Shown here one piece after another: positions 50,890 through 64,000 of a DNA stretch of 64,000 nucleotides. The stretch is from the NCBI GenBank assembly GCA_028534125.1, contig CM052816.1:55182001-55246000 (forward strand). Direction: 5' to 3'. The position numbers and the translations under genes were made by a program. A model generated the notes under the pieces. The model had not been told where the DNA came from, ran no database searches, and worked only from the letters and a program-made list of their open reading frames with translations. Source of the stretch: Lama glama. Taxonomy: Eukaryota. The first letter of the stretch is position 1; every line of letters starts with the position of its first letter.

Positions 50890-51242
50890 CAGTGGTTCTC
50901 AAAGTGCAGTCTGTGGATCCCCAGGGAACCCCCCAAACCATTTAAGGAAACTGTGAGGTCAAAATAATTTTCATAGCAATTGAGAGATGTTATCTAACTT
51001 TTTCACTTTCATTTTTCCCTGAGAGTATAGCAGCATCTCCCAAAGGCAACATGATATGTGGTGACATCTCTGATGCTCTGATGGTTAATGGATTGTGCAC
51101 TTGTCGTTTCTTGTGTTTTAAAAGTTTTAGTTGGTAAATATCAATAGACACAACTTATAAAAATGAAAGCTCTTTTTGTCCATAATAATGTTTGAGAGTG
51201 AAAAGAGAGTCCTGAGGCCAGATCAACAACTCAGAACTACTG
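50890..51242. mobile_element. Charlie1-derived hAT non-autonomous element
   Basis: Terminal inverted repeat-like ends cagtggttctcaaagtg and ...gtcctgaggcc...agaactactg, with internal gaggtcaaaa.tattttcata. Confidence 0.65.
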
Positions 51243-51342
51243 TATTTGTTCTAATCCATTTTAGTTTCATTGTTTAATGTTTAGTTCTGGAATTTCTTTT
51301 TGTTATATGGTGTGAGGAAGGGACTTTTAAAAATGAATAATC

Positions 51343-51568
51343 AGGGGGAGGGATAAATTAGGAGTTTGGAATTGGCAGATACAAAATACTATTTACAGAA
51401 TAGATAAACAACAAAGTCCTACTGTATAGCACAGAGAACTATATTTAATAGCTTTTATAACCTATAATGAAAACATGAGAGAGAATATATATATATAACT
51501 GAATCACTTTGCTCTACACCTGAAATTAACACAATTTTGTAAATCAACTATACTTCAATTTTAAAAAA
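51343..51568 (+). mobile_element. Younger L1 3' end inserted into an old minus-strand L1 ORF2 remnant (~51270-51960)
   Basis: ggggagggataaattaggagtttgg...tcaactatacttcaa, with flanks aaaaatgaataatca and aaaaatgaatgacca. Confidence 0.85.
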
Positions 51569-52902
51569 TGAATGACCAAATATCTCAGAAACATTTATTA
51601 AAATGCCCCTTTTACTTTAGAGACAAACTTCCTATATGTATTAGTATCTCCCCAGTTTTTAATTCTGCTCCATTGGTAGTTTATCTACTGTTGCCCTCAG
51701 ACCATTTGGACCATTTGGCTTTAATTTTTATCGCTTTGTTAAAAGTTGAATATCTATCAGTAAATGGACCCTTCATGACTCATTCTTGGCAAATATTTAT
51801 TTGTATTTCATCTACTTTCTCCTCCAAATGAACTTTAGAATTACTTAGTCATTTTTGAAGAAAATTTTCATTAGAATTTTCACTGGAATTGCACTAAGTT
51901 TGTAAATGAATTTCAAGGTAATTAAAAGTCTTAAAATATGTTTCTTTCTCTTTATTCAAGTCTTTTATGTAACTGAAACTTGGGCATTTTCTTCTTATTG
52001 TGCCAGTTATTTAATGCACAAGATGCATATACACACACATAAACATATACAGTTGAATTTTTAAAATTCATTTATTTATCTGTTCATTGGTTTCTCAGTC
52101 TGGCCACACACTTCAGTTTCTGTCAGATCATTTGGTGGGCCAGGAAGTGTGCTGTCTCCTCCACTAAAACATCAGCCTCAGTGGGAAACAAATCCACTGC
52201 ATTTCAATCGTGGAGCAGAGCAGATGAGCTGCAGGTGGTGGGTCAGATTTGCTTGAGAAGGATTCAGAAAGGGAAGGCTCTGAACCCTGCTGATAGTACT
52301 AACTCAGCTTTCCCCTCTCCAACCTTCTGTAGACCTGGATGCTTCTCCCGCAAGTGTTACAAGGAGCAACTTTGCAGGGGAATTGGCAAGCGGACTAGGG
52401 TGTCTGCAGGGCAGCCCAGGAAGGGTGCAGTGCTCCTGGATTCCTGTCCCCAAGTAGCTACCAGGATCCTATCACCCCGAAACCAGATATCTGAGGAGCA
52501 TCAAAACAATCTGCATTAAGCATCATCAGTTACAAAACTGTCATACACAATCCGTACTCTTATATAACTGGGAAACATCCGCTTCCATTAAATGATGAAA
52601 GACATTGTGGCAGGTGACTTCCCTGGCATGACACAGGGCCATCAGATCTGAAAGGGACCATCTGTGATTGTGGTAATAAGCACTCAGAGTGAATGTGGTC
52701 AGTTCTACTTCTTTCACCAGGACAAATACATCATGCGAGGGAAACTCAAAGACAAACATAGCCAGGAACTGAATTTCTTCCTGGAAGCACATGGGTTAAC
52801 ATAAAGGCTCTCCAGGGCTGGGAAGTGCAGGACAAAAGAGACTTCCCTCAACAAGTCTGCTTATCTCCCCTGGGATTAAAAGGAGACCCAAAAAGAGCCA
52901 AT

Positions 52903-53540
52903 CATTCATTCAACAAGTATTTTTTATGCCCCTATTTTGTGCCTGTCACTCTTTGAGGAGCTAAAAATAAGAGACTGAACAAAACACACAAAGTCCCTGA
53001 TTGTATGGAGCCTTCTTTCCAGTGAGGAGCCAGATAACAAAACAAATACATAATTGCATGCAATGGTGAGTGCTACAAATAAAAACAAAGCAAGGTAAGG
53101 GGTGAGGGCAGCCCTGTCCAGCGGAACTCCCTCTGATGATGAAGATGTTCTGTATCTGCGCTGCCCAACACAACTAGGGTGAAAATTCACATCTGAGTCA
53201 CTAGGGCTGGCTAGCAGCTGTCGCACAGGACAGTATGGGCTTAGAGAGCGCAGCAGGGGCTGCTAGTCTAAGAGTAGCCCGGGTGGGAGCCTCTAAGCAG
53301 AGGAAATCTGAATAGAAGCCTAAGGCCAAGGTATAAGCCATGCTGCTTGCCAGGGGCTCACAGCCTTACAGACACACAGACCTGTAACGGCAAAGGCCTC
53401 AGGTGGAGGATGGCAAGGAGACCAGGTGCTGAGCAGAGCTGGGAGGAGTGACTCGAGAAGCTGGGGACAGATCAAGGCTTTGAGGCCAGGGAAGGAGCCT
53501 CAGGCTTTACTCTAAGTGGGATGGGTCTAGAGCAGAGGAT
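52903..53540 (-). mobile_element. L2 3' portion containing an internally deleted MER3 (~53109-53240)
   Basis: L2 end attcattcaacaagtattt. MER3 ends ctgtccagcggaact.cctctgatgatgaagatgttctgtatctgcgctg and ggacag. Confidence 0.7.
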
Positions 53541-56158
53541 CTAGAAGAATGTAGCTTAATAAAGCCCTGTTTACCTGAACACTGGAAATGTCTCTTTTCT
53601 TTTACTGTATCTCATTAGCCCTGTTCTTTCACATCTGTTGTCATCTTTATTCTGACTACAATCAGCTGATAATGAATATGACAACTTCAAAACAAAGGCA
53701 GCATTTATTAAATGTCTTTAAAGATGGGTTTGAGGAAGGAGGACGGCTGGAAGAAAAGTCCCTCAGGGCAGACAGAGCAATCAAAGAGAAAAACCCAGGT
53801 CTTAGATGTTCCCAGTAGGTACATAATAAGGACCCGTGATCATATATCCCTCTCCATGTTCACTCAATCTCTCATCAGAGCTATTACAAAATGAAACTAG
53901 TTTCAGTTTCCTCTGCTTGTCCATCACTGGAATTAGAAGAAAAAGAAATAGGCTTGGGCAATTTATAAATTAGTCATGTCTTGCGTATTTTAAATTTGGC
54001 TACAGAGCCAATCAAATACTTACATTGGCTAATTATTTAGACCCAAAGATGGAAAACTAAAAGAGTCACTTAATCCACATTCCATCTCAGTGGAACAAAT
54101 ACTTGCTCATTCCTGACTATATATAGAAACTCCACCACATCCCTTGAGCAAACAGGTGTCCTTGGCGTATTAGAATGACCTAAATGATTAGACATAAACA
54201 GTGATCTTGTTGGCATCAAACACGTATCTGGCTTCCAATACTGCTTTTGCGACACTAAGCATGTTATCTATGGTCTCTAATCCCCAACTGCATTATCTGT
54301 AAAATGGGAAATAAAAGTGCTTTTGGGAGGACTAAATAAAATCACAACAAAAGGCAACACTTGGCCCATGGTAGTTTACCTGAAATTAAAGAATAGAAGA
54401 ATGTCATTTATAAATATAATTCATCATCCAGCAGCAACAATGCTTGCAATTTCCTGTTTTGAAAAGAAAAATGACTATTAAAAGTAGGTTGGCTGTGCTC
54501 TTCTCCAGCCAGCAGCACAGGCTGGGGACTCAGGACATGGCAGAAGCCGTTTCAGAAAAGACTCACCCTGGGGGTTTACGGTTGTTGCTGAGATACACAC
54601 GGAGGTTTAGCTGCAAGGAAAGCTCCAAGAAGAATGATCACTGGTCAGCTGTCTTCTCTGGGCAAGTCAGGCAATGTGATTAGCATATTTGCAGGAATGT
54701 AATGCAATTTAACAGCAAGTTGGTCTCATTCATATTACATTAATAACAGCAAAACACTGTCTCCTGGACCTCAGTTTACCCCCTTGGATGTCACTAGGAG
54801 GAGGGAACAGACATCCCCCCACCACCACTCCACAGGTTTGCACTGTTCTCCCCTTAATGCCTGGAAATGACGTGTGTGCTCTTTCTGCTTTGCCCATTTT
54901 ACTTAGTAAACATTTCATTTGCCAGGTTCCTAGGATTTGGCTACAAAAGCAGCAGCCTTTGTTTACTTCGGCACCTCCCTCCGAGCTCGTGATAAAACCC
55001 CCAGAGCATTACCCCCATGGGACGCTCTACTCCTTGTTCCATTGCTTGATGCCTCCAGAAGTGGGGCACGACACTCCCTCCCCGCCTCCACCAGCGCTCT
55101 GTGGCTAAATGCAGGTGCGGCTTTGAGAGCAGGTGTCTCAGTAGTGCTCGAGTCCCCACAGCACGATCCCTGAAGCAAGACGACTGGAGTGTTCATTGAC
55201 TCCGTGTTCCACACTCTGCCCAGGGTTCTCTTGGTACGAGATACTTCTGCATGGTCAAGACAGCCTCGGAGAATGGGTGCTCTTGCCTCTTTTCCAACAA
55301 AACCTGCTCCTTTACTGTCATTGGGGAAAAGACCTGCTCAACTAATCTTGCGACGTATCAATAAATGGCTAAGGAGTTCCTAAAGTACTCCTCCCTTCTT
55401 TGAGGTACTTCTCTTCGAATGCCTTAGTCCAAGGAACTGCATAAACTGTGGAATTTCAAGCTCAGTAATCGGGGGGTGGGGGATAAGTTAGACACTGGGA
55501 GACAGGCGTATTTCTTGACTTAATCCTCCCAAGTGGCTACTGAATATTCCACAAATGTAGGAGAACAGATATGGGCTCAAAGCAATACTCACAAGTGAAG
55601 TCAGAATTCATCTATCCACCCATCAGACTACTAGTTCTTTAAAGAAAGAGTCTGTGTTTTGGTTCCTCTCATATTCTTGGTGCCCAAGGCAATACTGGAC
55701 ACTCACTCAGATCTAGATAAAAAAGAGTCAGTGAAGGAACTTCTCATTCAAAAGGCCATTAAAGAAATAACCCCTGGGCCATGGTAACATTAATCTAGTA
55801 CATTTTTTTAAGTATACTCAGTTACAATGTGCCAATTTCTAGTGTACAGCATAATGTTTCAGTTAGTACTTATTTATGAGTGCCTGTGGCACACATAAGC
55901 TGAGGGGTGGGAGAATGTGGTAGGAGAGGGGAGACATGTGAGCCCCGTGAGGAGGAGGTGTAGCCTCTTCCTCCTGAAGCCGTCCTCTGCTCGGACTCCA
56001 ACCTGTTCCAAAAAGCTGGAATCCACGGCATGCTGTGGGGCATGTTGTCCACACAAAGGACCAGGACAGAAGGAGGAGGGAAGGACCATTCCACTAGTCT
56101 GTTAGAAGGCAGAGTGTGGACTGTTACAGTGGATTGCATTTTGTGATTTTCTGATAGA

Positions 56159-56636
56159 TTTTTTTTAATTGAAGTATAGTTGCTTTACAATGTTGTGTTA
56201 GTTTCAGGTGTACAGCAAAGTGATTCAGTTATATATACACACACACACATACACACACATATATATATTCTTTTTCAGATTCTTTTCCATTATATGTTAT
56301 TACAAGATACTGAATATTGTTCCCTGTGCTATACAGTAGGTCCTTGTTGCTTATCTATTTTATGTATAGTAGTTTGTATCTACTAATTCCAAATTCCTAA
56401 TTTATAAACCCCCTTTCCTTTTTGGTCACCACAGTTTGTTTTCTATGTCTCTGAGTCTATTTCTGTTTTGTAAATAAGTTCATTTGTATCATTTTTTAGA
56501 TTTCACATATAAGTGATATCATATGATACTTGTCTTTCTCTGACTTACTTCATTTAGTATGATCATCTCTAGATCCATCCATGTTGCTGCAGATGGCATT
56601 TTTATGGCTGAGTAATATTCCATTGTGCATATATAT
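56159..56636 (-). mobile_element. L1 3' end with a (TA)/(CA) microsatellite
   Basis: ttttttaattgaagtatagttg..ttacaatgttgtgttagtttcaggtgtacagcaaagtgattcag...ccatccatgttgctgca. Confidence 0.9.
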
Positions 56637-58099
56637 GGAATGTATTTTAAAGCAATGTCAGTAGGTGTGTGAACCAGACTTTGAAAGACTCATAATGAAA
56701 GTGACAAGTGACTGGACTTTAACAGAGTATTTGGGATATCTGGGCTCTGAGGACCAGCCCAATACATCTGGAAAGAAACATACAAATAAATGCATTAAGT
56801 GAATCATTTTCCTTCTAAGTGTAAATGGTTTCATCTGTTCTAAATTGAATTTTTTATATAACTGAGACCTTTTTGTCCTAATGATTTAAGAGATCCTAAA
56901 AGGTTCTTTAAATATAAGCAGAATCAATCAGGCTCATCTGCTCCCTTCACCCCTCCCCAAAGTTTCCTCACTTGGTGATTAATATGGAAACTGCAATACA
57001 GGCATGTTCAACTCCCAGTCCTTACCTTCAGGAAGATGCTTTTTGACCTGTCATCTGTCTAGCAGAGCAACGTTTATAAAGTAATTTCACATACATTATC
57101 TCATTTGATCCTTGTTTATACTTAGAGTGGATTCTACAGATAAAGAAATTGAAGATGAGGGAGATATAGGGACTGGCCTGGAGTCACAAAGAGCCAGTTC
57201 CAATGTGAAGTCAACTCTAAGCTTCTGGCTCTGAATCCTGTTCTTTTAGCCGTAAAGCCACACTGAACTTCCAACACTCACGATCTTAGCACTGTTATGG
57301 CAAGCAGGCAAACTGTGCCTGCTTTCTCATGTATTTCATCCCATCCTGGCCTCCCGAATTCAGTTTTCAATTTCTCTATAAAATGCATATAAGGAGGCAA
57401 ACTGAGATCAACAGAGTTCCAGGTTGATGTTGGGGCTGGCGGGCTCCTAGGCTGGCTTGCACCCCATAGCTCACTTCTGCACACCAGCCTGAGCCCTGTG
57501 ACCCATCAGCACAAGTTACTACAAGTCAGAGGCCATGGGACTAGTCTTGACTGTCCAGTCCCAAATGTTACCTCCACAAATCCTGATGCTCTGCTGAATT
57601 AGATTAATTGTGCCACCAGGAACATGCCTTTGTTTGAGAGAATACCCTGCCTACTAACCTTACATGTAAGCACAGCAATTCCACCCAAGTGCATTCCTGT
57701 TAGTTCTGTACTGCCAAGGATATTCACGCCCACAGCCCGCAGTCACGGAGGATGCCTACGAGTGATACTCCACGCCTTTGATTTCAAGCAGAGGTGACTT
57801 TTGTGACACTCATGCTAGACAGTGTTTCGCTATTTGGTAGAGAGACACCAATTAGATTTGTTAGGTGATTAAAAATACTGTGGGTGGTCATTCCTCTGAA
57901 CAACAGTTGGTAAATGCAAAAAATTCCTAATTATTATTCTATTTCTATGGAAAATCAAAGCTGACTTAAGTCATTGTGTCTTGAAATATCTTTTCTGGGC
58001 ACAAACCATTGTGTTGGTTTCCTAATAAGATACATCTGAAATAGAGACAATCCTAGGGACTCCACTGAAAAGACCATGACTAATAAGCAAGTTCAGAAG

Positions 58100-58516
58100 T
58101 ATATTAGTTTCCTGGGGCTGTCAGAACAAAGTCCTGCAAACTAAGTGGCCTAAGACCATAGAAACTGATTATCTCACAATTCTGGAGGCTAAATGTGTGA
58201 AATCAAGGTGTCAGCAAGGCCATGCTTCCTTTCAGATCTGTTAGGAGAGAATTGCTCCCTGCCTCTTCCTGGCTTTTCATGGTGGCCAGCAATTCTTGGT
58301 GTAGCTGCATCACTCCAATCTTTGCCCCGTCACACGGTGTTCTCCTTGTGCATCTGTGTCCAAATTTCCCTCAGCTCTATTAGGATCTACCCTGATGACC
58401 TTCACTTGATTACATCTGTAAAGACCCCATTTCCAAACAAGGTTACATTCACACACAGCTAGTACAGCTTTGGGCTTCAGCATATCTTTTGGGGGGGATG
58501 CACAACAGAACTCACA
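58100..58516 (-). mobile_element. MLT1 (ERVL-MaLR, MLT1C-like) LTR
   Basis: tattagtttcctggggctg...tctcacaattctggaggcta..aaatcaaggtgtcagcaaggccatgc...aaagaccccatttccaaacaaggttacattc. Confidence 0.85.
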
Positions 58517-58639
58517 TTCTATTAGAAAACTGACTGTATATGAAATGAACCCATATTTGAAAATACTTAAGCTTGAAAACAAAAGATGGTCTTTTGTGTC
58601 CTAAAAGGTTGAATGATTTTAAGGTTACCCAATGAAAAT

Positions 58640-60555
58640 AAATTTTTCAAGCTGCGGGATACAAAATCAATATACAGAAATCAGTTGCATTTCTATATAC
58701 TAACTATGAAATAGCAGAAAGGGAAATTAAGGAAACATTTCCATTCACCATCGCTCCAAAAAGAGTAAAGTATCTAGGAATAAACCTACCTAGGGAGGCA
58801 AAGGACCTGTACTCCAAAAACTATAAGACAGTGATGAAAGAAATTGAAGACAACAAACAGATGGAAAAATATACCGTGTTCTTGGATTGGAAGAATCAAT
58901 ATTATTAAATGGCCAAGTCAATATACAGATTCAATGCAATCCCTATCAAATTACCAATGACATTTTTTTGGAGAGCTAGAACAAAAAAAATGTTAAAATT
59001 TGTGTGTAAACACAAAAGACCCTGAATAGCCAAAACAGTCTTGAAAAAGGAGAGTGAAGCTGGGGGAAATCATGCTTCCTGACCTCAGACTATACTACAA
59101 AGGTACAGTAATCAAAACAGTATGGTACTGGCACAAAAACAGACACATGGGTCAATGGAACAGGATAGAAAGTTCAGAAATAAACCCAAACACTTATGGT
59201 CACTTTATCTACAAGAAAGGAGGCAAGAATATACAATGGAGAAAAGACAGTCTCTTCAATAAGTGGTGCTGGGGAAACTGGACAGCTACATGTAAAAGAA
59301 TGAAATTAGAGCATTCTCTAACACCATATACAGAAATAAACTCAAAATGGATTAAAGACTTAAATATAAGATCAGATACTATAAAACTCTTAGAGGAAAA
59401 CACAGGCAGAACACTCTTTGACATAAATCAAAGCAAAATTTTTTTTAAAACCAGCTCCTGGAGCAATGGAAATAAAAGCAAAAATAAACAAATGAGACCT
59501 AATTAAACTTAAGAGCTTTTGCACAGCTAAGGAAGGATACCATCAGCAAAACAAAAAGACAACCTACAGAATGGGAAAATATTTGCAAATAATGCAACTG
59601 ACATGGGACTAATTTCCAAAATATACCAACGGCTCATACAGCTTAATAAAAAAAAAAAGAAGCAACCCAATCAAAAAATGGGCAGAAGATCTAAACAGAC
59701 ATATCTCTAAAGAAGACATCCAGATGGTCAACAAGCACATGAAAAGATGCTCAACATCACTAACTGTTAGAGAAATCCGACTCAAAATTACAATGAGCTA
59801 TCACCTCACACCAGTCAGAATGGCCATCATTAAAAAGACCACAAATGACAAATGCTGAAGAGAGTGTGGAGAAAATGTAACTCTCCTACACTGTTGGTGA
59901 GAATGTAGCTTCATGCAGCCATTATGGAAAACAGTATGGAGATTCCTAATAAAACCAAAAATAGACTTACCATCCGATCCAGCAATCCCACTCCTGGACA
60001 TATATCCAGAAGAAAATATAATTTGAACAGACACATGTACCCCGATGGTCACAGCAGCACTATTTACAATAGCCAAGACATGGAAACAACCTAAATGTCC
60101 ACTGACAGATAAAGAAGATGTGGAACATATATACAATGGAATACTACTCAGCTACAAAAAGAAATAAAATAATGCCATTTGCAGCAACATGGATGGATGT
60201 GGGGATTGCCATCCTAAGTGAAGTTAAGACAGAAAGAGAAAAACACCATATGATATCGCTTATATGTGAAATCTAAAAAAAAAAAAAAGACACAGTTGAA
60301 CTTATTTACAAACAGAAACAGTCTCACAGACATAGAAAACAGGCTTATGATTATCAGGGGTAAATGGGATGCGAAGAGATAAACTGGAAGCTTGAAATTT
60401 GCACCTCCTGGGGAGGGACAGAAATGTTAGCTGCCTTGATTGTGGTGGTGGTTTCATAGCTGTATATATCTATCAAAATTCATCAAATTTTATATCTGAA
60501 ATGTGTTGCTTACTGTACAGAAATTATGCTATAATAAAGTTGTTTTAAGAAAAAC
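58640..60555 (+). mobile_element. 5'-truncated L1: decayed C-terminal ORF2 and 3'UTR
   Basis: ORF 59054..59506 gives [24 protein letters not shown]...[15 protein letters not shown] (L1 ORF2p). There are multiple frameshifts. Confidence 0.92.
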
Positions 60556-60564
60556 AAAATTATT

Positions 60565-61125
60565 TTAGCCAAGACATGAAAGCAATCTAAGTGTCCACTG
60601 ACAGACGAATGGATAAAGAAGATGTAGTGTGTGTGTGCCTATATATATATATAGACACACAATGAAATACTGCTCAGCTATAAGAAAGAATGAGATAATG
60701 CCATCTGCAGCAACATGGATGGACCTGGAGATTATCATACTAAGTGAAGTAAGTTAGACAGAGAAAAACAAACACCATATGATATCACTTAAATGTGGAA
60801 TCTAGAAAATGTGACACAAGTGAACTTATTTACAAAAGAGAAATAGACTCACAGACATAAAAAACAAACTTACGGTCACCAAAGGGGAAAGGGGGTGGGG
60901 AAGGGATAAATTAGGAGTTTGGGATTTGCAGATACACACTACCATATATAAAATAGATAAACAAGTTCCTACTATATATCACAGGGAACTATATTCAGTA
61001 TCTTGTAATAAACCATAATGAAAAGAAAATGAAAAAGAATATATATATGTGTGTATAACTGGATCACTTTGCTATATACCAAAAACTAACACATTGTAAA
61101 TTATCTATACTTAAGTTAAAAAAAA
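60565..61125 (+). mobile_element. Second L1 3'UTR with A-tail
   Basis: tagccaagacatgaaagcaatctaagtgtccactgacagacgaatggataaagaagatgt...ctatactt followed by an A-run. Confidence 0.88.
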
Positions 61126-61545
61126 TTCATATCATATCATATTCAGACAAAAAAGATTTTTCCTCTATAGAATATAGATACATAACTCTTATAGAACAGA
61201 AAGATTCTTCCCCCTTTAATACAGTGATGCACAGAATTTCTAGAACCCCTGTGCTTAGAAATATATGTATATATTTAAATATTTCTTTAGAGCAAGTTCT
61301 GTAAATGTTGCCAAAGTCTCTCACTTGCTGAACTGGAGATTCTCTGCTCCCATACTGCTATCCGTGTCTCTCACTGTGACTCTTCCCAGTTTCTTTTTCT
61401 CAGTCCCTCTCTTTATGTCCTCCTCTATCCCCACATAAGGGACATCACTCTCTTTTAACTGACCACCTTTTAGAACAGAAGTTATTTTAGCATTTTCACA
61501 TTATTGCTTAATTGTATGTCTTTGTTATTACTTTTTAAAAAGCAA

Positions 61546-61918
61546 ATTTTTTATTGAAGTACAGTCAGTTTACAATGTATTAATTTCTGGTGTACAGCAT
61601 AGTGATTCAGTTTTATATATATATTCAGTTATATATATTCCTTTTCATATTCTTTTTCATTATAGGCTATTACAAGATATTGAATATAGTTCCCTGTGCT
61701 GTGTAGGACCTTGCTGTTTATCAATTTTATACACAGTAGTGTGTACCTACAAATCTCAAACTCCCAATTTATCCCTCCAAACCTTCCCTTTTCCCTGCTG
61801 GTAACTATAAGTTTGTTTTTTATGTCTGTGAGTCTGTTTCTGTTTTGTAAATTTGTATAATTTTTTTTAGATTTCCATATATAAGTGATATCATATGGTA
61901 TTTTTCTTTTTCTTTCTG
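61546..61918 (-). mobile_element. L1 3' end
   Basis: ttttttattgaagtacagtcagtttacaatg...atataagtgatatcatatggta, with flanks aaaaagcaaatttttt and aaaaagcaagtttttt. Confidence 0.88.
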
Positions 61919-62847
61919 TAAAAAGCAAGTTTTTTTTTTAATGCCTTCTAAATGCTTTTAAAAAGATCCTCAAGTTGCTTTCACATCACATGATTTGCTG
62001 TTGATTCCCTACCCTCTGCCAATTACGGGTCAGTGGCCTTAAAAAAAGTTCCCTATACTCAGTACAGACAAACACTTTCAAAAAAGAATCCTGTAAAACA
62101 AATATCTTCAACATTTGCCTGCTGTGTTGCATAGACTAAATATGAGTGATCTTTTCTTGAAATGTGGTTTTTGAATACTCAGGTATAATGTAAAGTTTAA
62201 AAGGATCTGTAGATATTTTACTGATTCAATAATTCAATATTATTTTTAAATGGTTGATCTTAACAAAACACTGTAAAAAAAGTAATTCTTTTGGGAAAAT
62301 TGCTCCTTTATGGGTCTTCAAATACTCCTCATATATCTTATGTAACCAATTCTTAACCACCAAATACAATATCAAATGAAAATGCAATTAAAAATAATCT
62401 GAAAACTATAAGGCATTATTTGTATGTTACATCTACACAGTATATGTGCAAAATCTGACATTTGTGCCAGTTCATTATTTTATGGCAGCATTTCCTAAGA
62501 GTGTTCAGTAGGTCAGAGAAATATTAATAGGTGTTATTGTATATTAGACATATAGAATTCACAAAAGCAACAAGGTCTCATTGTTGGAATTCAGCAAAAA
62601 GTTTAGTCTTCACATTTTGCAACACCCTGTTGCTCTTGAGTTAGAATATTTCAAAATTTGTTACTGATGTCGTTTTGGGATCACTTACTGATTTTCTTAA
62701 GAAGCCTAATATTCAAAGTATTTATTTTTCCATTGGCTTACTTGCTCATTTCTGGCAGTATTTAATCTTTTTGTGTTCTCATTTTTGTGGTCTACTTTAA
62801 CCTAGGGTGTAGCATACTTCTTAAAGTTCTACTGGTGATCTGTGAAT

Positions 62848-64000
62848 ACATTCATTCTTTTAACATTCTGCAGATATTCACTGCCTTTCTGCTGTGTGTC
62901 AGGCACTATTCTAGGCACTCGGGATGCAACAGTGACAAGCAAGATCCCTGCCTTGAGGAATTTTCATGCTAGCATGCGGAGAAGCACTTAAACATACTAA
63001 AACAAGTCACACAGTTTATTAGAACATAATCTATGTTATGAAAAATAAAGAGTAAGGTAAGGGGGATTGAGAATGGGGAGGGGGTAGATTGCAGTATTAA
63101 TTAGTGAATTTGAAGTTGGCCTTATTGAGATGAGACTCTGGCAATGAATTAAGTGAGGTAAGACTCATCCAAGAGAGTATCTGGAGAAAGAATGTTCATG
63201 GCAGAGAAGACAGAATGAAATTCCCAAGTTAGGATCATGTTTTGTGTATCAGAGGAACAGCAAGGAGGCCAGTGTGACTGGAACAGAGTGAGAGAGAAGA
63301 ATGGGGGATGAACTCAGAAAAATAACAAGGGTCAGATGATGTAAAGCCTTGTGGACATTTGTAAACACTTTGGTTTTTACTCTTGAGTATGATAAGGACC
63401 ACTGTAGTGATTTGAGCCAAGAAGGGAAATGATCGACTTCCTTTTAAGAGATTTCTCTGGGTGCCATGCTAAGAATGGGTTTTACAGGACAAGAGTAAAA
63501 GCAGAGACCAGGGAGGAAGCAACCTCAGTGACTCAGACGGTTAAGACAGGGATTGGAGGGCGGGCAGCAGCAGAGGTATTAAGAAACAGACAGATTCTGG
63601 ATATAATTTGAAAGTAGAGACACAGAGTCTTTCTGATGTGGCTAGTGAGAGGAAAGAAAGGAAGAGGAAGGATTGATTTTCCATATACTATGATGGAGTA
63701 GGCTGCAGAAGCAGCAGGTTTTGGTGGGGGGTAGGGAGAAGGGATCAAGAATTCAGTCTTTGGACAAACTAAATTTAATGCATTGATTAGACATCCAATG
63801 AAGATGCTGAGTGTGTGGTTGAAGCTCTGGGACAGAGGTCTGGACCAAAGTTGGATACACTGGGGAGTCAATAGCATTTAGGTGGGTTTTAAAGCCCTAA
63901 GAATGGATGAGATCACCACCAAGAGAGTGAGTGTAGGTAGAGAAGAGGGGAGAAGAGAGGGAAAGACTGTACCCTGGATCACTGGAAGGTTACGAGGTTT
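62848..64000 (-). mobile_element. Long L2 fragment, continuing off the window
   Basis: cattcattc...tgtgtcaggcactattctaggcact...gaggaacagcaaggaggccagtgtgactggaacagagtgag...gaatggatgagatcacc. Confidence 0.85.

Noticed and set aside
59054..59506. 150-aa ORF as a host gene or active retrotransposase
   Set aside because: Fragment of a 5'-truncated, frameshifted L1 ORF2.
1..64000. CRISPR arrays, operons or a novel multi-gene system
   Set aside because: The sequence is mammalian intron dominated by known repeat classes; no such organisation is visible.

Overview
Mammalian (non-microbial) genomic DNA, most likely a camelid (Camelus/Lama/Vicugna), inferred from the tRNA-derived SINEs and the style of the L1 3' ends. 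The only protein-coding element I can support is one exon of SV2C (synaptic vesicle glycoprotein 2C) on the minus strand: exon 42490..41809, made of 102 nt of 5'UTR and a 580-nt CDS from the ATG at 42388 (MEDSYKDRTSLMKGAKDIAREVKKQ...SGWL) to a GT donor. The rest is most simply read as SV2C intron: 42491-64000 upstream and 1-41808 downstream. I found no other SV2C exon and no promoter CpG island. The introns are packed with transposable elements: L1 fragments, L2, MIR, tRNA-SINEs, seven ERV1-type LTRs or LTR fragments (three MER41-like), ERVL and MaLR LTRs, and DNA transposon MITEs (MER5A, MER58A, MER53, MER96, MER3, Tigger1- and Charlie-derived). I see no novel multi-gene system. The best second-look items are cis-regulatory or RNA-level: an 8-codon uORF, an NBRE plus E-box cluster, an RE1-like site with a 2-bp insertion, STAT motifs in MER41-like LTRs, inverted repeat pairs, a probable L1 3' transduction and nested insertions. 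Repeat family names come from recalled consensus sequences, not from a search. Repeat boundaries without a target-site duplication (TSD) are approximate.
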